A stretch of 64,000 nucleotides of DNA. It comes from Octopus vulgaris. Taxonomy: Eukaryota. The position numbers and the translations under genes are program-made. Below the pieces are notes generated by a model. The model was not told where the DNA came from. It ran no database searches and worked only from the letters and a program-made list of their open reading frames with translations. Within the stretch, counting starts at the first letter, position 1. Each line of letters opens with the position of its first letter. Shown in pieces: positions 26,621 through 40,621 of this stretch. The stretch spans positions 66,402,001 through 66,466,000 of the forward strand of contig OX597817.1 in assembly GCA_951406725.2 (NCBI GenBank), in the 5' to 3' direction.

Positions 26621-28109
26621 CAATTTTTCTCCACATAAAACAACTCAACTACCAGTTTATTTGTTAATGCAGGGCATAAGCACATCACTCCTGCCCAAGC
26701 ACTGTCAGTGTAAAGACACACACTCACATTTACTACAGGCCTCTATAAAGTTATCTGTCACTCACAAGACATTGGTCAACCCAAGGCTACAGTGGAAGAC
26801 ACTTGTTCAAGGTACCATGCAATAAGATCCAATCTTGAACTGTGTTTAGGAAGCAAACTTTTTAACCACACTGCCATATTTGTACACACACACACACACA
26901 CACATTTAAGTGTATGTAACCTTTTTATTATACTTGTTTCAGTCATTGTACACCAGTCATGCTAAAGCAGCACAGTGATGGGCTTAACTGAAGAAATCGA
27001 TCCCAATATTTATTTCTAAGTCTGGTATTTATTCTATCAGTCTCTTTTGCTGAACAGCTAGGTTGTTAAGCAGTTGAACAGGAAGTGGTCAAAGATAGCC
27101 AAAAAGACACACACACACACACACACACATATTCACATATATATTCCTGTTCACTAAATTCACTTATAAGTCTTTGGTCGGGTCAGGGCTATAGTAGAAG
27201 ATTTGTCCAATGTGCCAGCCTTTTAATCACAAAATATTTATTGCACATATGCATAATTAATATTACTATTACACACAAACAAATGTTTATAAATATATAT
27301 ACATAAACACACACTGAATATTTTCATAACACCCACACAATGAATATTCACTTTATACATACACATACAAGAATACACATGCATGGATATACATTCACAA
27401 TATACTTTGTGGAACCCTCACTTCATCAACTGCCAACTTGAGATCCTTACAATTTCAGTATCCTCTAACGACATTGGCTCCTCTTGTGGTGCCAGGCAGC
27501 TTTGATGACACTCGGAAATGTCCAGGTTCTTTTGTATTATGCTGTTAGCCATGCAGCTATCACACCAGACTTAGTGCAGCTGCACCTACTCCAACCATGC
27601 TGCCACCAGATCAAAGTTAGTGCAGCTGTACCAATTCTAACTGCACAGTAACTATTTTGTTTTACAGCATGCTGAGTATTTGTTCTTAGCTCTCAGCTTT
27701 GGTCTTTCTCTCACATGCCTCTGACTTAGCCAAGATGAAAGAAACCATCTCAGATTCTCTTTGCAGTTTACTAATCACTGGTCTGCTCTAAGTCCAATGC
27801 CAGCTAGGCATTGGGTATTTAGCTGCATAATACCTCAACTGGCAATACTGTAAACTACCATCTTACCCCACATAATTCTGTAGGCCATTCCATATTTTAG
27901 GCCCTACTTATGTTCCCACTTCATGTTGCTATCCAAAGACACAGTCAACTAAAGAATCAGGATTTTTTTTTTGTCAAGTCAGCCCATATGATAAGGTTCA
28001 TTATTTCATTATTGTGAAATTGCTTGTAAACTCTTTTCTTCAAATTCACCAATCTCTTCATAATCCACTGAAAGTTACAGATTAGTTCAGTGGCTGGAGC
28101 CAGGTACTA

Positions 28110-28700
28110 GTCAGGTGTAAGGGAGAACAGCAGTGGTGTATCACTAGACAGAGCCATTAGAGCTAAAAGACAGGCCCTGAAAGACTGGAAGGAAAGGCAC
28201 AGGAAAGAACTATATGCTATGACTGGTTAAGAGAGAATCTAGACAAAAAGTGTGTGTAGCTTGAACAGAAGTAGAGAGCAGGAGATTAGCAAGTCTTCTG
28301 GGACAAGAGGTTAGAAGTGTGAGGTGATCTGGATTGCAAAGCATTGTCAGACATTGCTGAGGAGAAGTTTGTTTGAAATGACAGTAGTTTACTGTCACTA
28401 CCAATGAAAAGCATGAGGAAAGGCTGTTGAATGTGGAATATGTGTGTGCAGGAAAGAGAAAGAGAGAGCAACTTTTGAAGTGGACATAAATGAGGAAGAC
28501 AGCAGGTCCATCAGACATAGTCGCTGAGATGCTGAAAGTATCTGTAAAAAAATAGGGCTCAAGCCAATCGCTCATATAATTGACCAGGTAACACAGGGTG
28601 GTGTCATACCCAATGATTGAAATCACAGTAAAATTTTCAATAATTGCCAAATGCTTTAGAAAAAAAGCAATTACAGAAGCATATGTACACAGCTGTCCTC
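28110..28700 (+). mobile_element. RTE-clade LINE internal fragment (decayed)
   Basis: ERLLNVE.. and RKTAGPSDIVAEMLKVS resemble the K-A-x-G-x-D/S motif preceding the RT domain. Many disruptions. Confidence 0.55.
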
Positions 28701-28984
28701 TTGTCTCCAGATAAACTGTCTTACCCTTAATGGCATATCAATTTTGTAGAATTCTTGATTCTTGAGATTATCCCACTTCTCACTTAGAGTTGATCTCAAT
28801 TGCTACCAAGCAATTGTTCTATCTTATCTAGAACTGGAGATAATTTCTATAAATCAAAAATTTATCTTGTGTGGTATTTATTATATCCTTATTTGTCTTT
28901 GTTGTTCAAATATATGCCACAGGCTACTGTGTTATTCTCTTTACATATTTCTAATTCATGTGTGTGTGTGTGTATCATCTTTTG

Positions 28985-29388
28985 TCTCTTATCTTTTATG
29001 CGTTCAATCATTGGACTGTGGCCATACTGGGGCACCTCCTTGAAGGGTTCATCAAACAAATTGACCATAGTCCTTAATTTTTCAAGGTTGGTACTTATTC
29101 TATTAGTCTTTTTTTTTTGTTGAACTATAAGGTTACATGAATGTAAACAAATCAACACCAGTTGTCAAATGGTATTGGGGAACTAACATAAACACACACA
29201 GATGTACATTTATATGTATGTATAATGCACTTTCACACAATTTCCATCTACCAAATTCACTGACAAGGCATTGGTCAGCCTGAAGCTATTGTAGAAAACA
29301 CTTGCCCAAGGTGCTGCATAGTGAGACTGAACCTGAAATCACTTAGTTGCAAAGCAATCTTCTTAACCACACAGCCATGCTTGTGCCC
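28985..29388 (-). mobile_element. Near-complete tRNA-derived SINE (family A)
   Basis: Reverse complement shows head (GGCTGTGTGGTTAAG..GGTTCAGTCTC), body and tail as in the other copies. Confidence 0.75.
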
Positions 29389-29499
29389 ATCACACACAAA
29401 TAGTTCTACTATATACCAGTCCTAAACCCTGCCACACACACACACACACACACACACATCCACCATAAACAACAGCCTCTCCTGCCTTTTCCCCTTATT

Positions 29500-29995
29500 C
29501 TACTACTACTGCTTACCACCACCGCCACCTTCAGTATTACTACCAGTAACTATCAATAATACAACTATATTAACTTCACCACCAACCACTGCCACTATTA
29601 TTTGTTTTACCAGTACTTTTATAACTACTTGCTATCAATACCATTACATCATAAACACTACCAATAATACACAACATCACCACCACCACCTTCAGTGCTG
29701 CTACTGTTCATACCAATACTAATACCACTACTTGCTACCAATACTATCACACAGTCACAACAGCAACCACCACCACCACCACCATTTCTACTTACTTTAT
29801 CAATGCTGATACTGCTACTTTTACTTAGTGCCAATACTATTACATCACCAACACCACTGTAACTTCTAATACTGCTTCTAGTTCTACTGCTTTTACTAAT
29901 ACTATTGCCATTACTTGCTACCAATAGTATTGCACCACCACCACCACCTCCTTCCTCTCCTCTTCCTCCTCCTACTACTACAACTACTAACAGTA
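29500..29995. repeat. Low-complexity degenerate (ACC/ACT)n region
   Basis: Direct inspection. Confidence 0.8.
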
Positions 29996-30808
29996 CTTGA
30001 ATTGGAAGGTTCTGTTCAAGAGAGGGGTGATGGTGTTTGTTCTCTTTTCTACTTGTTTTCCTTAGTTTTCATTTTAATTTCTTCAGTAGTTTTCTAATTT
30101 TTTTCCCCATTTTTTGTTTTTCAGTGAAGGTGGAAGGGTGTTGTGGGTTATATTTATCGTCCATCACCCCCTCCACCTTCTTCTTCTGTAAGCAAACTAA
30201 CAATTTCGTTTTATGGCAGACAATCAACAACAGAACCCAGATGATATATCAAACTAGAGAGAGGGAGAGAGTGAGGGAGGGGGAGAAAAAAATCTAGAAC
30301 AATCTAACGTAGTAAACACCCAGCTAACTGCTACTGCTGGTGTTGCCGGGGGGGGGGGGGGGATTGGGTGTACTGGTGGTGGGGAGAAATGGTAGAATTT
30401 TCGAGGTAGTTGATGGTGATGATGAGATGATGATGTATATACAAAAACAATGAATAACTGAACAGAAGTAAACTACTATATCAAAAGGCCATTTTTGTTC
30501 ATATGAATTCAATCACCCTTAATCATATACATTCTTTCTTTCTCTCTCTCTCTCTCTCTCTCTGTATATACACACACACACACACATACATACATATCAC
30601 CCTCAGCCACACAAGCATACACATCATTGATAAATCATAAATCCGAAAAAGAAGCACTCTCTAAGTTATAGAGCAGTAGAGTACATAGATGAAGATAGAT
30701 ATGGCCGGTCTATGGGGTTACCTGGGTTTCACATCCATAAAGTACTTAGCTTTACAACATTCCTTCAGATCCTAAGCCTACAGCCTCCCTAGCAAGTGGC
30801 CTCACTAG

Positions 30809-30845
<37 letters not shown>

Positions 30846-33252
30846 CTGTGTTTCAAAGTGCACTGCAAAGCTTACTCATATATATAATAATATATTCATG
30901 TGTGTGTGTGTGTGTGAGTGTGAGAGAGAGAGTGGTAAGAAATCTTGAGTTACCTGCTCAGAGGGATCAAGTTAGAGTCACTTAGAATAAAATGTTCAAA
31001 GTATTAACACTGAGTGTGGACATATTTTATTAAAACAGTGAGCTCAGTAAAACTTTTTAGGCTTGATTAATTCCAATGTTTTTCAAGATCAGAAATAACT
31101 ATTGTAAGGTTAAATACAGGGGTTTGCTGCTTCCTATTTGGCTGGGCAATGAAGGAAGACAATAATAACCATTTCTGGTTTCCTAGATTTTAACAGCAGA
31201 AGCATATAGCTGTTGTCATTGCTTCTTAGCCTCAAGGAATTAGCTACAGAACTGTTTGTAGAAAAACATTGAATGAGAAAAGATGAGATTAATTCATAAT
31301 CTAATTATAAAATGGTGCTAACCATACAGTTAAGTAATAAAAAGGTGGATTTCATTATTTTTAATGCTTTCATTAAATTATCAATAAATTTAATTTCTTG
31401 ACACCGTTCAATGCGTCTTTACAAATATTTCTATAAAGTAATCAAAGCTAGTAAGCAGTGGTGTTGGTTATATTTCTGACTAAACATTTGAAGTTGTCTC
31501 CCCTGGCTGCCTGAAAATAAAATAGTGTTTGTTAATCCCCAATATATTTATCGAAATCACTGCTTTTCAGATTACTGTGAGTATTTTAAAATGTTGGAAA
31601 TAACCAAGTTCACATTTTTCCTACTTAGTTATGTGGTCAACTTCGTTTTATAATTAAATAGTCAATTAATTCCAATTCTTGGCACCACAATTTCCCCCAA
31701 AATTTTTACAAAGGAAACAATAGTGAAGACTATTTCTGTTGATAAAGGTTAAGAAGCCAGATCCAGTTGGGTTCTTTCTTTTATTTGTGTGATCAAAGAA
31801 TAAAGTTAGCTAAATCCAAATATTTTCCCCCTGTTCACAATATTTAACCATACTGCGGTTTTCTATGTTGAAAACGAGAAATAATCAAACCTATCATTTA
31901 TTATACAAAGGTACAGTCAGTACCCTTTTGTAATTGTGTGTGTATATGGTGGTGGGGAGCTTGATTCCTGATAGATATGTAAAGGCATTTTTATAACATA
32001 TAGAGTGTCTTGGGTATTTTAAACTAGCTGAGCCCAACTTTCTATAATATGAACACAATCAATTTCTTCTAGAGAATAAAAGAGAAAATGAAATGTCAAC
32101 TCCAGTATTAGTTTGGTACTTTATTGGTCCTAAAGGGATGAAACGCAAAGTTGACATCAATAGGATTTAAGCTCAAAGTATAGAGAGCAGGGAACAAATA
32201 TTGCAAGGCATTCTTTGTGCTAATAACTCAGCTCACTCTACTTATATATGTGTGTGTATGTATATATATAATTGTTAAACAGGATGTCAAGCCTTAAGAC
32301 AAGGAAAACATCTCAAGTCATATACAATATTATTATAGGAAGAAATTCAAAATTTTACAGCTGTTTCTGGGATATCCCTGAGTATAGAGACAAATAGGGG
32401 TGAAAATATGGAAAATGAGAATGCTATATATCAATAAGATGACAACACAGAGGAACAGAGCAAAAGAATAAGGAAATCGAAAGAAAGAAGAAAAAAGAAG
32501 CATAAAAAAAGCATTGTGTTATTGAATGCTGATATGTTCGTGTCTTTTTCTTGGGATGTCTACTATATCAGGACTTTAGCCCACATGGATCTACGCAGGA
32601 TTGCACCTAAATACTTACACTCATGGATCTATGCAGGATTGCACCTAAGGACTCATGCTCTGTTTCCTATAATTTCGGAAAGTTGAACTATGAATTTCTA
32701 TGCTTCTTTTTCCTTGTCTCTTTCCATCTTTTTATTCTTTTATTCTTGATTGAACAGCTAAATTGTTGTCATCAAAACTCAGAGCAAATCCATTCATAAG
32801 CTGTGTTACAAACTTTGCTGCTTCTTGGTAGTCTTTGTTGTTGTTTAGCTCCAAGTCAATGCTGGTGATCAAAGCCTAAATGTGATCAATCTATCTTTTA
32901 TTTTTTCTGTCAGATATTAAAAAAAAAAAGTTATGACAGACTCATAAGAGAAAGGGAAATGCTCTGGCACCTTTACAGCACCTCCAATATTGGTGAGAGA
33001 AAAAGGGAAGTCATTCTCAGATCAGAGCCCTAAACCAAATACTTGTAGTAAAATGTATCCAGTTACAGAAATCCAAGGACAAGATGGTGAATTTAAACAC
33101 AACATTATCTGATGTGCTCTTCCATTTTTGAGATAGTAGTGTGTAATTTAAAGGAAACTTGGCTGCTATTTCTATAAGGTGAAGCTATAAATGTAAATTC
33201 CTGCTTTTCCAGTTCATGGCCATATTTGTTGTGATATTATATAGCCACCAAA

Positions 33253-33462
33253 GGCAGTGAGCTGGCAGAAATGTTAGCACGCCAGGCGAAATGTTTAGCA
33301 GTATTTCATCTTTCTTTACATTGAGTTCAAATTCCACTGAGGTTGACTTTGCCTTTCATCTTTTTGGGGTCGATAAATTAAGTACCAATTGCGTACTGGA
33401 GTCAATCTAATTGACTGGTCCCCTCCCCCAAAATTTTGGGCCTTGTGCCTAGAGTAGAAAAG
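33253..33462 (+). mobile_element. tRNA-derived SINE (family B)
   Basis: GGCAGTGAGCTGGCAGAA head, GAGTTCAAATTCC B-box-like motif and GGCCTTGTGCCTA tail. Related copies at 18560, 50478, 63712 and 63950. Confidence 0.75.
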
Positions 33463-34482
33463 TTTATATAGCCATCACTAAATCTTTGTTCATCATGGGC
33501 CTAAACATACATGAACATTTGAACCTCTTATATCAATTCTTCATCCATTAAATATTTCTTGTTGTGTTTGGTTCCAATCAATCACATACAAATTTGCTGT
33601 CACAGTTTTAAGTAGTGGGCAAAGTTCAGTCTCATTACAGAACAGGAATGGAGACATACTGTCCTGAGTCATGCCTCAACTACTGTGGAATCAATCTGAG
33701 ATTTCCATGTTTGATATACTGTAGACAAAGTTTGGCACTGGCATCCTGACTCTCATCTGTTGACATATAAGACTTTATTTGAAGCTACTAAGTATAATAT
33801 CTTGTCTCCTTCCCTGTGGCCTATATATACATCCTGAACAGAACTGGGGACACTTCAACCTTTGGTTGAACCAGTTTGAGACTTTGATGCTTTTAATCAC
33901 TGATTATTTACACTTTAGATAGCCAAGAAAATGTTGGTGCTGCTAGTGGTTTATACATGTGTCTCTCTTCCACTCTTCTTTCTTTCTGTATTTGCGATGA
34001 TGATGATGATATCAAGAAAAATATGCACTTATGTACATAAGTGGGTTGGGTCTCTCATACACGAGTGTATGTGTGCAGAGGATGTTCCAAAGTAATGAAT
34101 ACCAAACTTTCAATGCCAACAGTGAGAGCAGATGCAAAACTATTATGAAAGAAGATAATAGGAAGCATGACTACTCAAATACACACATATACATGCACAC
34201 AATTAAGCCCTTGCTTTCTGTTATACACAAGCAACAAGTATGAAATAGAAGTATTTGTATGTGAGCATTATTAAATTTTTAAATATTTGAAATTGTATAG
34301 CAGGTGACATAAAAGAAAAAAGCACAATAAATCTATATGTTTCTACATGAGGTTCTGTAAACAAAGAAATGTTGCATAAATTATGGGCATGTATATGTTA
34401 GTGTCTATATATACATATAAATAATATAAATGCACATATATATATATTATTTGATTGAATGCCATGCATCCATTTCCAAGTA

Positions 34483-34514
<32 letters not shown>

Positions 34515-34736
34515 CTGGAGTAAGCACATAAATGTAAAACAAGGTGGAAAAAGAGTACTCAAATACCAGAGGTAGAGTAATATGCTTTATTTAAAAGCAG
34601 CAGAAATATAACAAAAGCTGTTACTCAGTGTTTCACGTTCCCGTTCGTCGGACAGTTTTGTTAAAATTGTAACAAAACTGTCTGATGAACGGGAACGTGA
34701 AACTCTGAGTAACAGCTTTTGTTATATTTAAATAAA

Positions 34737-34740
<4 letters not shown>
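34515..34740. mobile_element. PLE-type inverted terminal-repeat remnant inside (TA)n, carrying two inverted hammerhead motifs
   Basis: 34580-34663 and 34670-34742 are reverse complements, with TA runs on both sides. Confidence 0.75.
34670..34724 (+). ncRNA. Type I hammerhead ribozyme motif (intact core)
   Basis: UAACAAAACUGU-CUGAUGA-ACG GGAA CGU-GAAA-CUC U GAG-UA-ACAG C UUUUGUUA. 12-bp stem I with one bulge and a GUA site (predicted cut 3' of 34711). Confidence 0.8.
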
Positions 34741-34784
<44 letters not shown>

Positions 34785-35571
34785 TTGACAGATGAAAATG
34801 TCTGCTGGAACTGTCAGATCATGTGATTTTGCCCTTCCTTGGGTTCCTCAGTTACAGACGTCTAGTGGCAACATGGTGCTCCAGTCCACTCAGCTGTGAA
34901 TGGGTAACCCTACAATGGAGTTGCTTTCAGATCAGGGATATTGTTTGCCTAGCCAGCAGAGTAGCATCATTTGAAAGCTAAAACAATGCGAAGCACATTG
35001 TGACCAGCAATGTATAACAACATCCAATAGTTTGGTCGATGCCATGCTACCATGATTTGATATATAGGAGCATATACTCTGGGTGTGCTAGGTGTGCACT
35101 GCATACTCATTGGAAATGGCAAATTCATTATAAATCATAATGGAAAACTTTTGCTATACCCCTGTTTGGCACATCTCACAGCACATTGTATCATAATATG
35201 GTTCCAGGTGTATTGTAGGATAATGGGAGAATGGCAAAAAATTTATGGTGAAGGGTGAACAACAGCTTTGACAACACAGTCACATGTTTGTTTCATGACG
35301 AGAAGTTGTAAGTTTAATTTAAAATTCCTAAACTAAAACTAACTGTTTTACAATAATTTTGTCTTACAATATCATCATATAACTTTGATCTTAATTTCTT
35401 TCCAAAACTAATAATAAGGTGGTTCATTGTACAATGAGGTTATCAAATATTTTATGTCTGAAAAAAGACTAGAACTTACATATTTATATATTTTTATATT
35501 TTATATTTTATCTAGTTTCAGCTCATGAGCTGTGGCCATGCTGGGGCACTGCCATTAAAAAGAAGACTTTT

Positions 35572-35644
35572 CTATCCATGTGGGAGTCGAACCCACATCC
35601 CTTTGTAAATGTGACCAAGTGTGTTACTTCTACACCAGCGAACC
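35572..35644 (-). pseudogene. tRNA-like pseudogene or isolated SINE head
   Basis: GGTTCGC TGGTGTAGAAGTAACACA...GTGGG TTCGACT CCCAC: A box, perfect T-arm and B box. Acceptor stem does not pair and the anticodon loop is oversized. Confidence 0.6.
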
Positions 35645-35993
35645 AACCTTCGTAATTTAAATAAATTTATATAATTTCTGATTTTTCAGTGTGTGTATAT
35701 TAGAAAATTATGGTATATTTTAGAATGCTTACAATTTATAGGGAATTATTAATTCAGTTTAGTGTCATATATCTGTATCACAATTGAATTAAGTTTCCAT
35801 TATTTACATTTTGGATCCCATACTCTGAGTAAAGAAACACAGCTTATAAGCCTAATTTGAGTAATACTAATATTAGTCATAGTATGGACAGAGTGGCAGC
35901 ACACCCAATGACAACAACCAACTTATGCCACTGATATATATATATATATATGTGTGTGTGTGAGTATAGATTATATATATATGTATATATGTG

Positions 35994-36026
<33 letters not shown>

Positions 36027-36069
36027 ATATATACATATATGTATGTATGTCTGTCTGTCTGTATGTATG

Positions 36070-36111
<42 letters not shown>

Positions 36112-36119
36112 TACATATA

Positions 36120-37540
36120 GAAAACGAAGTTATTTTATTCTACACAGGTAGAAATATGGGAAAAATAGAAGCTGAAAGTGCACTGAGGATAGTTAAAATA
36201 TTTTTTATTAATATATTTAAAGCTTTAACTGGTTTCATAGTTTACACTGATTTTCAAAAGGTTCAAGCAGAAAGACGTAGCTAATGTCACGGCTGTCTTG
36301 CTTCTGACTTGTATTTGAAGCTTGCCCTATTTTTATAGGGATTTCATGGCTTAAATTAGTATATATTTTGAATAGGATTTGATTGGTAGAGGATAGTCAC
36401 ATGATTGGTCTTAGAAATTTTTATAGGTTCCCCCGCTATGTCCATGTGTCAGTATCAAGTGACAATGTTTTGCATCATAAGTTAAGGCTGACATAGTTGA
36501 CTGAACATGTCCATACAATCAATGCTCTGAATGTTTTCTGTCATGTGTTTATAGAGAACGAACGCATGATTAAGTTTATAACCTTTTGTATGTTTCCGCT
36601 AATTAAAGTTTATCCTTGAAAACAACCTATTTAACTTTGATGGTAATATTTACAAGCAAATAGAAGTTTACAATATTATCCATCAGAACTGACCATTCAC
36701 TGACAACAAATACGAGACCCCAGTACTAGACAGATTCCACTGAGTGGACACATAGACATATGTGCAAAAAGTAAGTTACCCAAAATCCAGGTCTTCCCAC
36801 TTTATGTTCAGCAAATACTACAGACGAAGCACAGATAAGTATTTTTGTAAGAAAACAAAAGTACAAACCAAGACTTTAACAGAGTACATACAAAACTAAC
36901 TATTCGCACTAAATTTATTCTGCCATTTATCATGAGGAAGCTCCACAGCTAACAACCTAAACTTTAGCCTCTGGACTACTTACAAAAGTCACCAGATAGA
37001 TTAAATTTGGAGTGCCCTGATTATAACTAAACATATTCACTCATCTGTGACGTCCTTCTTTTTAGGTGCAAAATATACTGTCACATGACACTAATGCACA
37101 TGCACTAATGCACATGATTATAAACTTAATCATGTGTTCATTCTCTATAAATAATTGACAGAAAGCATTCAGAGCATTGATTGTTTGGACATGTTCATTC
37201 AACCATGTCAGCCTTAACTTACCATGCCAAACATTGTCACTTGATACTAACACATGGCCGTAGCAGGGAACCTACAAAAATTTCTAAGACCAGTCATGTG
37301 ACTATCCTCTACCAATCAAATCCTATTCAAAACATATACTAATTTTACCCATGATCTCCCTATTAAAATATGGTAAGCTTCAAACACTAGTCAGAAGCAA
37401 GACAGCTGCAACATAAGCAACGTCTTTCTATTTGAACCTCTTGAAAATCAGTGTAAACTGTGAAACTGGTTAAAGCTTTAAACATATTAATAAAAGATAT
37501 TTTAACTATTCTCAGTGCATTTTCAACTTCTATTTTACAT
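36120..37540 (+). mobile_element. Internally deleted Penelope-like retroelement with inverted pLTRs of about 420 bp
   Basis: Inverted repeats at 36162-36581 and 37118-37536. Between them are LKFILENNLFNFDGNIYKQIE (36603-36665, PLE RT-like) and IH*QQIRDPSTRQIPLSGHIDICAK...KYKPRL (36695-36880, GIY-YIG C-terminal-like). Flanked by microsatellites. Confidence 0.8.
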
Positions 37541-37570
37541 ACATGCATGCATGCATATATGTATATAAGC

Positions 37571-37715
37571 ATGGCTATGTGGTAAGAAGTTTACTTCCCA
37601 ACCACATGGTTTTGGGGTCAGTTCCACTGTGTAGCATCCTGGGCAAATGTCTTCTACTACAACCCAGAGCTAACCAAAGTCTTGTGGGTGGAATTTTGTA
37701 GACAGAAACTGAAAT
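37571..37715 (+). mobile_element. tRNA-derived SINE (family A) head
   Basis: Aligns by eye with 21596-21745. Confidence 0.7.
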
Positions 37716-40621
37716 ATGCTTGTTGAGGCAGAGGGACAGCAACACATACACACAACTACACACATAATGCATACACATATTCATGCATGTGCATGCAACA
37801 AGCATCATTTATCTGGCCATAAAAAACCTGCCACAACAAATTCTGTCAGACCCATGCAAGCATGAAAAAGTGCATGTTAAAAGTATGATGTTGATATTTT
37901 TTATTCCAATCTAAATATATAGGCAATGAAGATGAAGCTATTAAGAACAGATTAAACTCTTCAAGAAAAAAGCAAGTTTTCCTTCTTATTTCTGAGTGAA
38001 TTTTATTAACTAATCTCAATCTTATAGCAAAGCTACAAAACAGAATCAACATCATCATGAAAAAGACTGATCTGATATTGTCATCATCATCATGGTCATT
38101 ATTATTATTATTATTATATGTAGTGTTATATTCTTAACAAACAAAAGTTGGTGACCTTATTTTTATTTTCTCTTTATATTTACATGGCTAATACACTTGA
38201 GAAATGTATTAAACAAACAATTTTTTTTCACCCTGCTCCAATATGAATAAAACCAAGGTTTAATGCCTATGTAAGAAAAAAATGATCTTCTAACTATCAT
38301 CATTGTCATCGTTAATAATTAGACCTCAATTACTATAGTATCATTGATAAATAGTTCTGACTAAAAGCCATTCTGCTATATGTATTATTCTGACTGGAAT
38401 AATACATATAATACAAAAACTGGAATTTGAAGATCCCATATTTCAATAGTATCTTCAATACGTCAGAGTTGAGAGAGCTGTCTACAAGGTAGCGTCTATA
38501 AATCAAATCTTTAATGCTTAACTGAAAGTGCTTATACCACTTTATACTAAAATGGTAGATATGTTTACAGGAGAAGAAAAATAAATAAAATACAGGAACT
38601 ATTAGGACAGGGAGATGAATTAAGAGTGACTTGATATTACTAGTGAATTATTACAATTTTAAATGCTTACAAACTCTGGAAGAATTTCAGAAATCTAAAG
38701 GAAAGAGGTATCTTCTTTCATATCAATTCATTTTAGAAGGACCACTTCTACTGACAGGTATTATCATAACATCAAGCAAAATAATTCATACCATATGTTT
38801 AAGGGTCTTACTCCAGTTTGTATTTGTCACTCAGTATATCTGTTCTAAGAACAATCATAACATTTATCTAAATAGAGATTATGGTTTTTAATTTTGTTTA
38901 TTGTTGCATGCAATGAAGATGGATATTACTCTTAGCTCATGGGAATCTCTGTGCTATGGTTGAGTGAAATTTATATAGTTAATGTTGTGTTTCAGTGTGA
39001 GTCTATCTATCATTGGAATACATGAAAGGAAGTGTGTGGGGTGTTCTATACAGCAATAGTGCTTGAAATGAGAAGTTGAATATAGAGATGCATGCAGTTT
39101 CAGAAGGGAAGCTGATCATTACAAGAAGTAGTGGAACATAGCAAACAAGATGAGAAGTAAAAGACTTATTACAATAGAGATGAGATACCAGTAATAATTC
39201 ATACTCTCATATACCAGCAAATAGCTAACCAAAAATGCAAATTAAGTAACTTCTTTTTCATTTTGCAACTGATAATTTATAGCCAAAACATTCTATGAAT
39301 AACCCTATTAACTGAACCATGCAAACAATAAAAATACTTTTAGAACATTCCTTGTTAAAAAAAAAAAAGGAAACTTGGTAGTATTTATGTGGCTGTTCAA
39401 CCTGCTAGAAATAACAATCAAATCTCCTACTAATTACAATTGCATTAGAAAGTGAAGGAAACCTTGAATTATGTAGTCCTAGATACAACATTCCTGAGAA
39501 TAGGATACATTGGTCATGGCCAGAAAGTCTTTGGTCATAGGTGTATTCAATCATCAGTGAATACACCTCTGACCAAATTATTATCTGATCTTGGACTAAA
39601 CAACAACAATTCTCAAAGGCTGCTTCTTCACAGCTTTAAGTAAATGAGGGATAAATCTATATCTGAAGAGATTCAATAAAACTGAAACATATCCAGAGTT
39701 GTCTGCTGCACTTGTTGAAATAATCAAAACTAATATTAGTTTAATATCTTACTACAAAAGTAGGTTTAATAGCTTTTAGACATTCATAGTAACAAATATC
39801 TTAATAGTAACTAAACTATGTGAGTGAATAGGATGCCAGCTAACTGCACATACCATCAGCAAATAATCTCAACAGCTAAATAAAGTGACAGCCACAATAA
39901 GTCATCCGACACTATAAACTGATATGTTTACAATTGCTAAAACACACAACTTGACTGCAAATGGAATTAAACTCACAACTTAAGAATTGGTAATTTGATA
40001 CCTTACTTGCTAAGTCATATCCACTTGTACATTAAATGAATTTAAACAACAGTCACAAATCCACATAAACAAAGGCATGTTGCTGTTGTTCAACTCCAAG
40101 TCAGCCCTGTTCCAGTAGACCTATGATGAAAGTCATTCATCGATGACCAACATGTATTTTTGTGTATCATTGCTCAATGTTTCAATGTATCTTTCTTTAT
40201 GAACTGTTGTTTCTAGGAGGTCGAGTGACCTTGTAGAGGCTCTCTCATTGATATAAAATATTGATTTAATGACATGAGATAATCATTGGTAATGGAAACC
40301 AGATCTTTATACATGTGTTTAAATGATTTTTCAAACGACGGTGGGGAGAGCTGAAATAATCTATAAAAAAAATATTAAAAAACTGAAAGATGCATTAAAA
40401 CAAATTAGTCAAATATTGCATTATTAGGGACATTTCTTTAGATTATGATGACCTGTTTCAGAACTCTAATATAAAATTTAACTGTAATATATGGCTGATA
40501 TCTTAAAAGAACTAAAATATCTCCAAAATATTTTTGAGTCAGTGACTCAGTTCACTTCATTGATATTTGTAATTGTTTTCTAAATCACAAAAATCTCAGG
40601 GGTTATAACTTATATTCTATA

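Noticed and set aside
40445-40570. Minus-strand UCAAUGA...GAGUUCU-GAAA-CAGG-UC
   Set aside because: Core and stem I are too degraded to call; at most an old PLE remnant.
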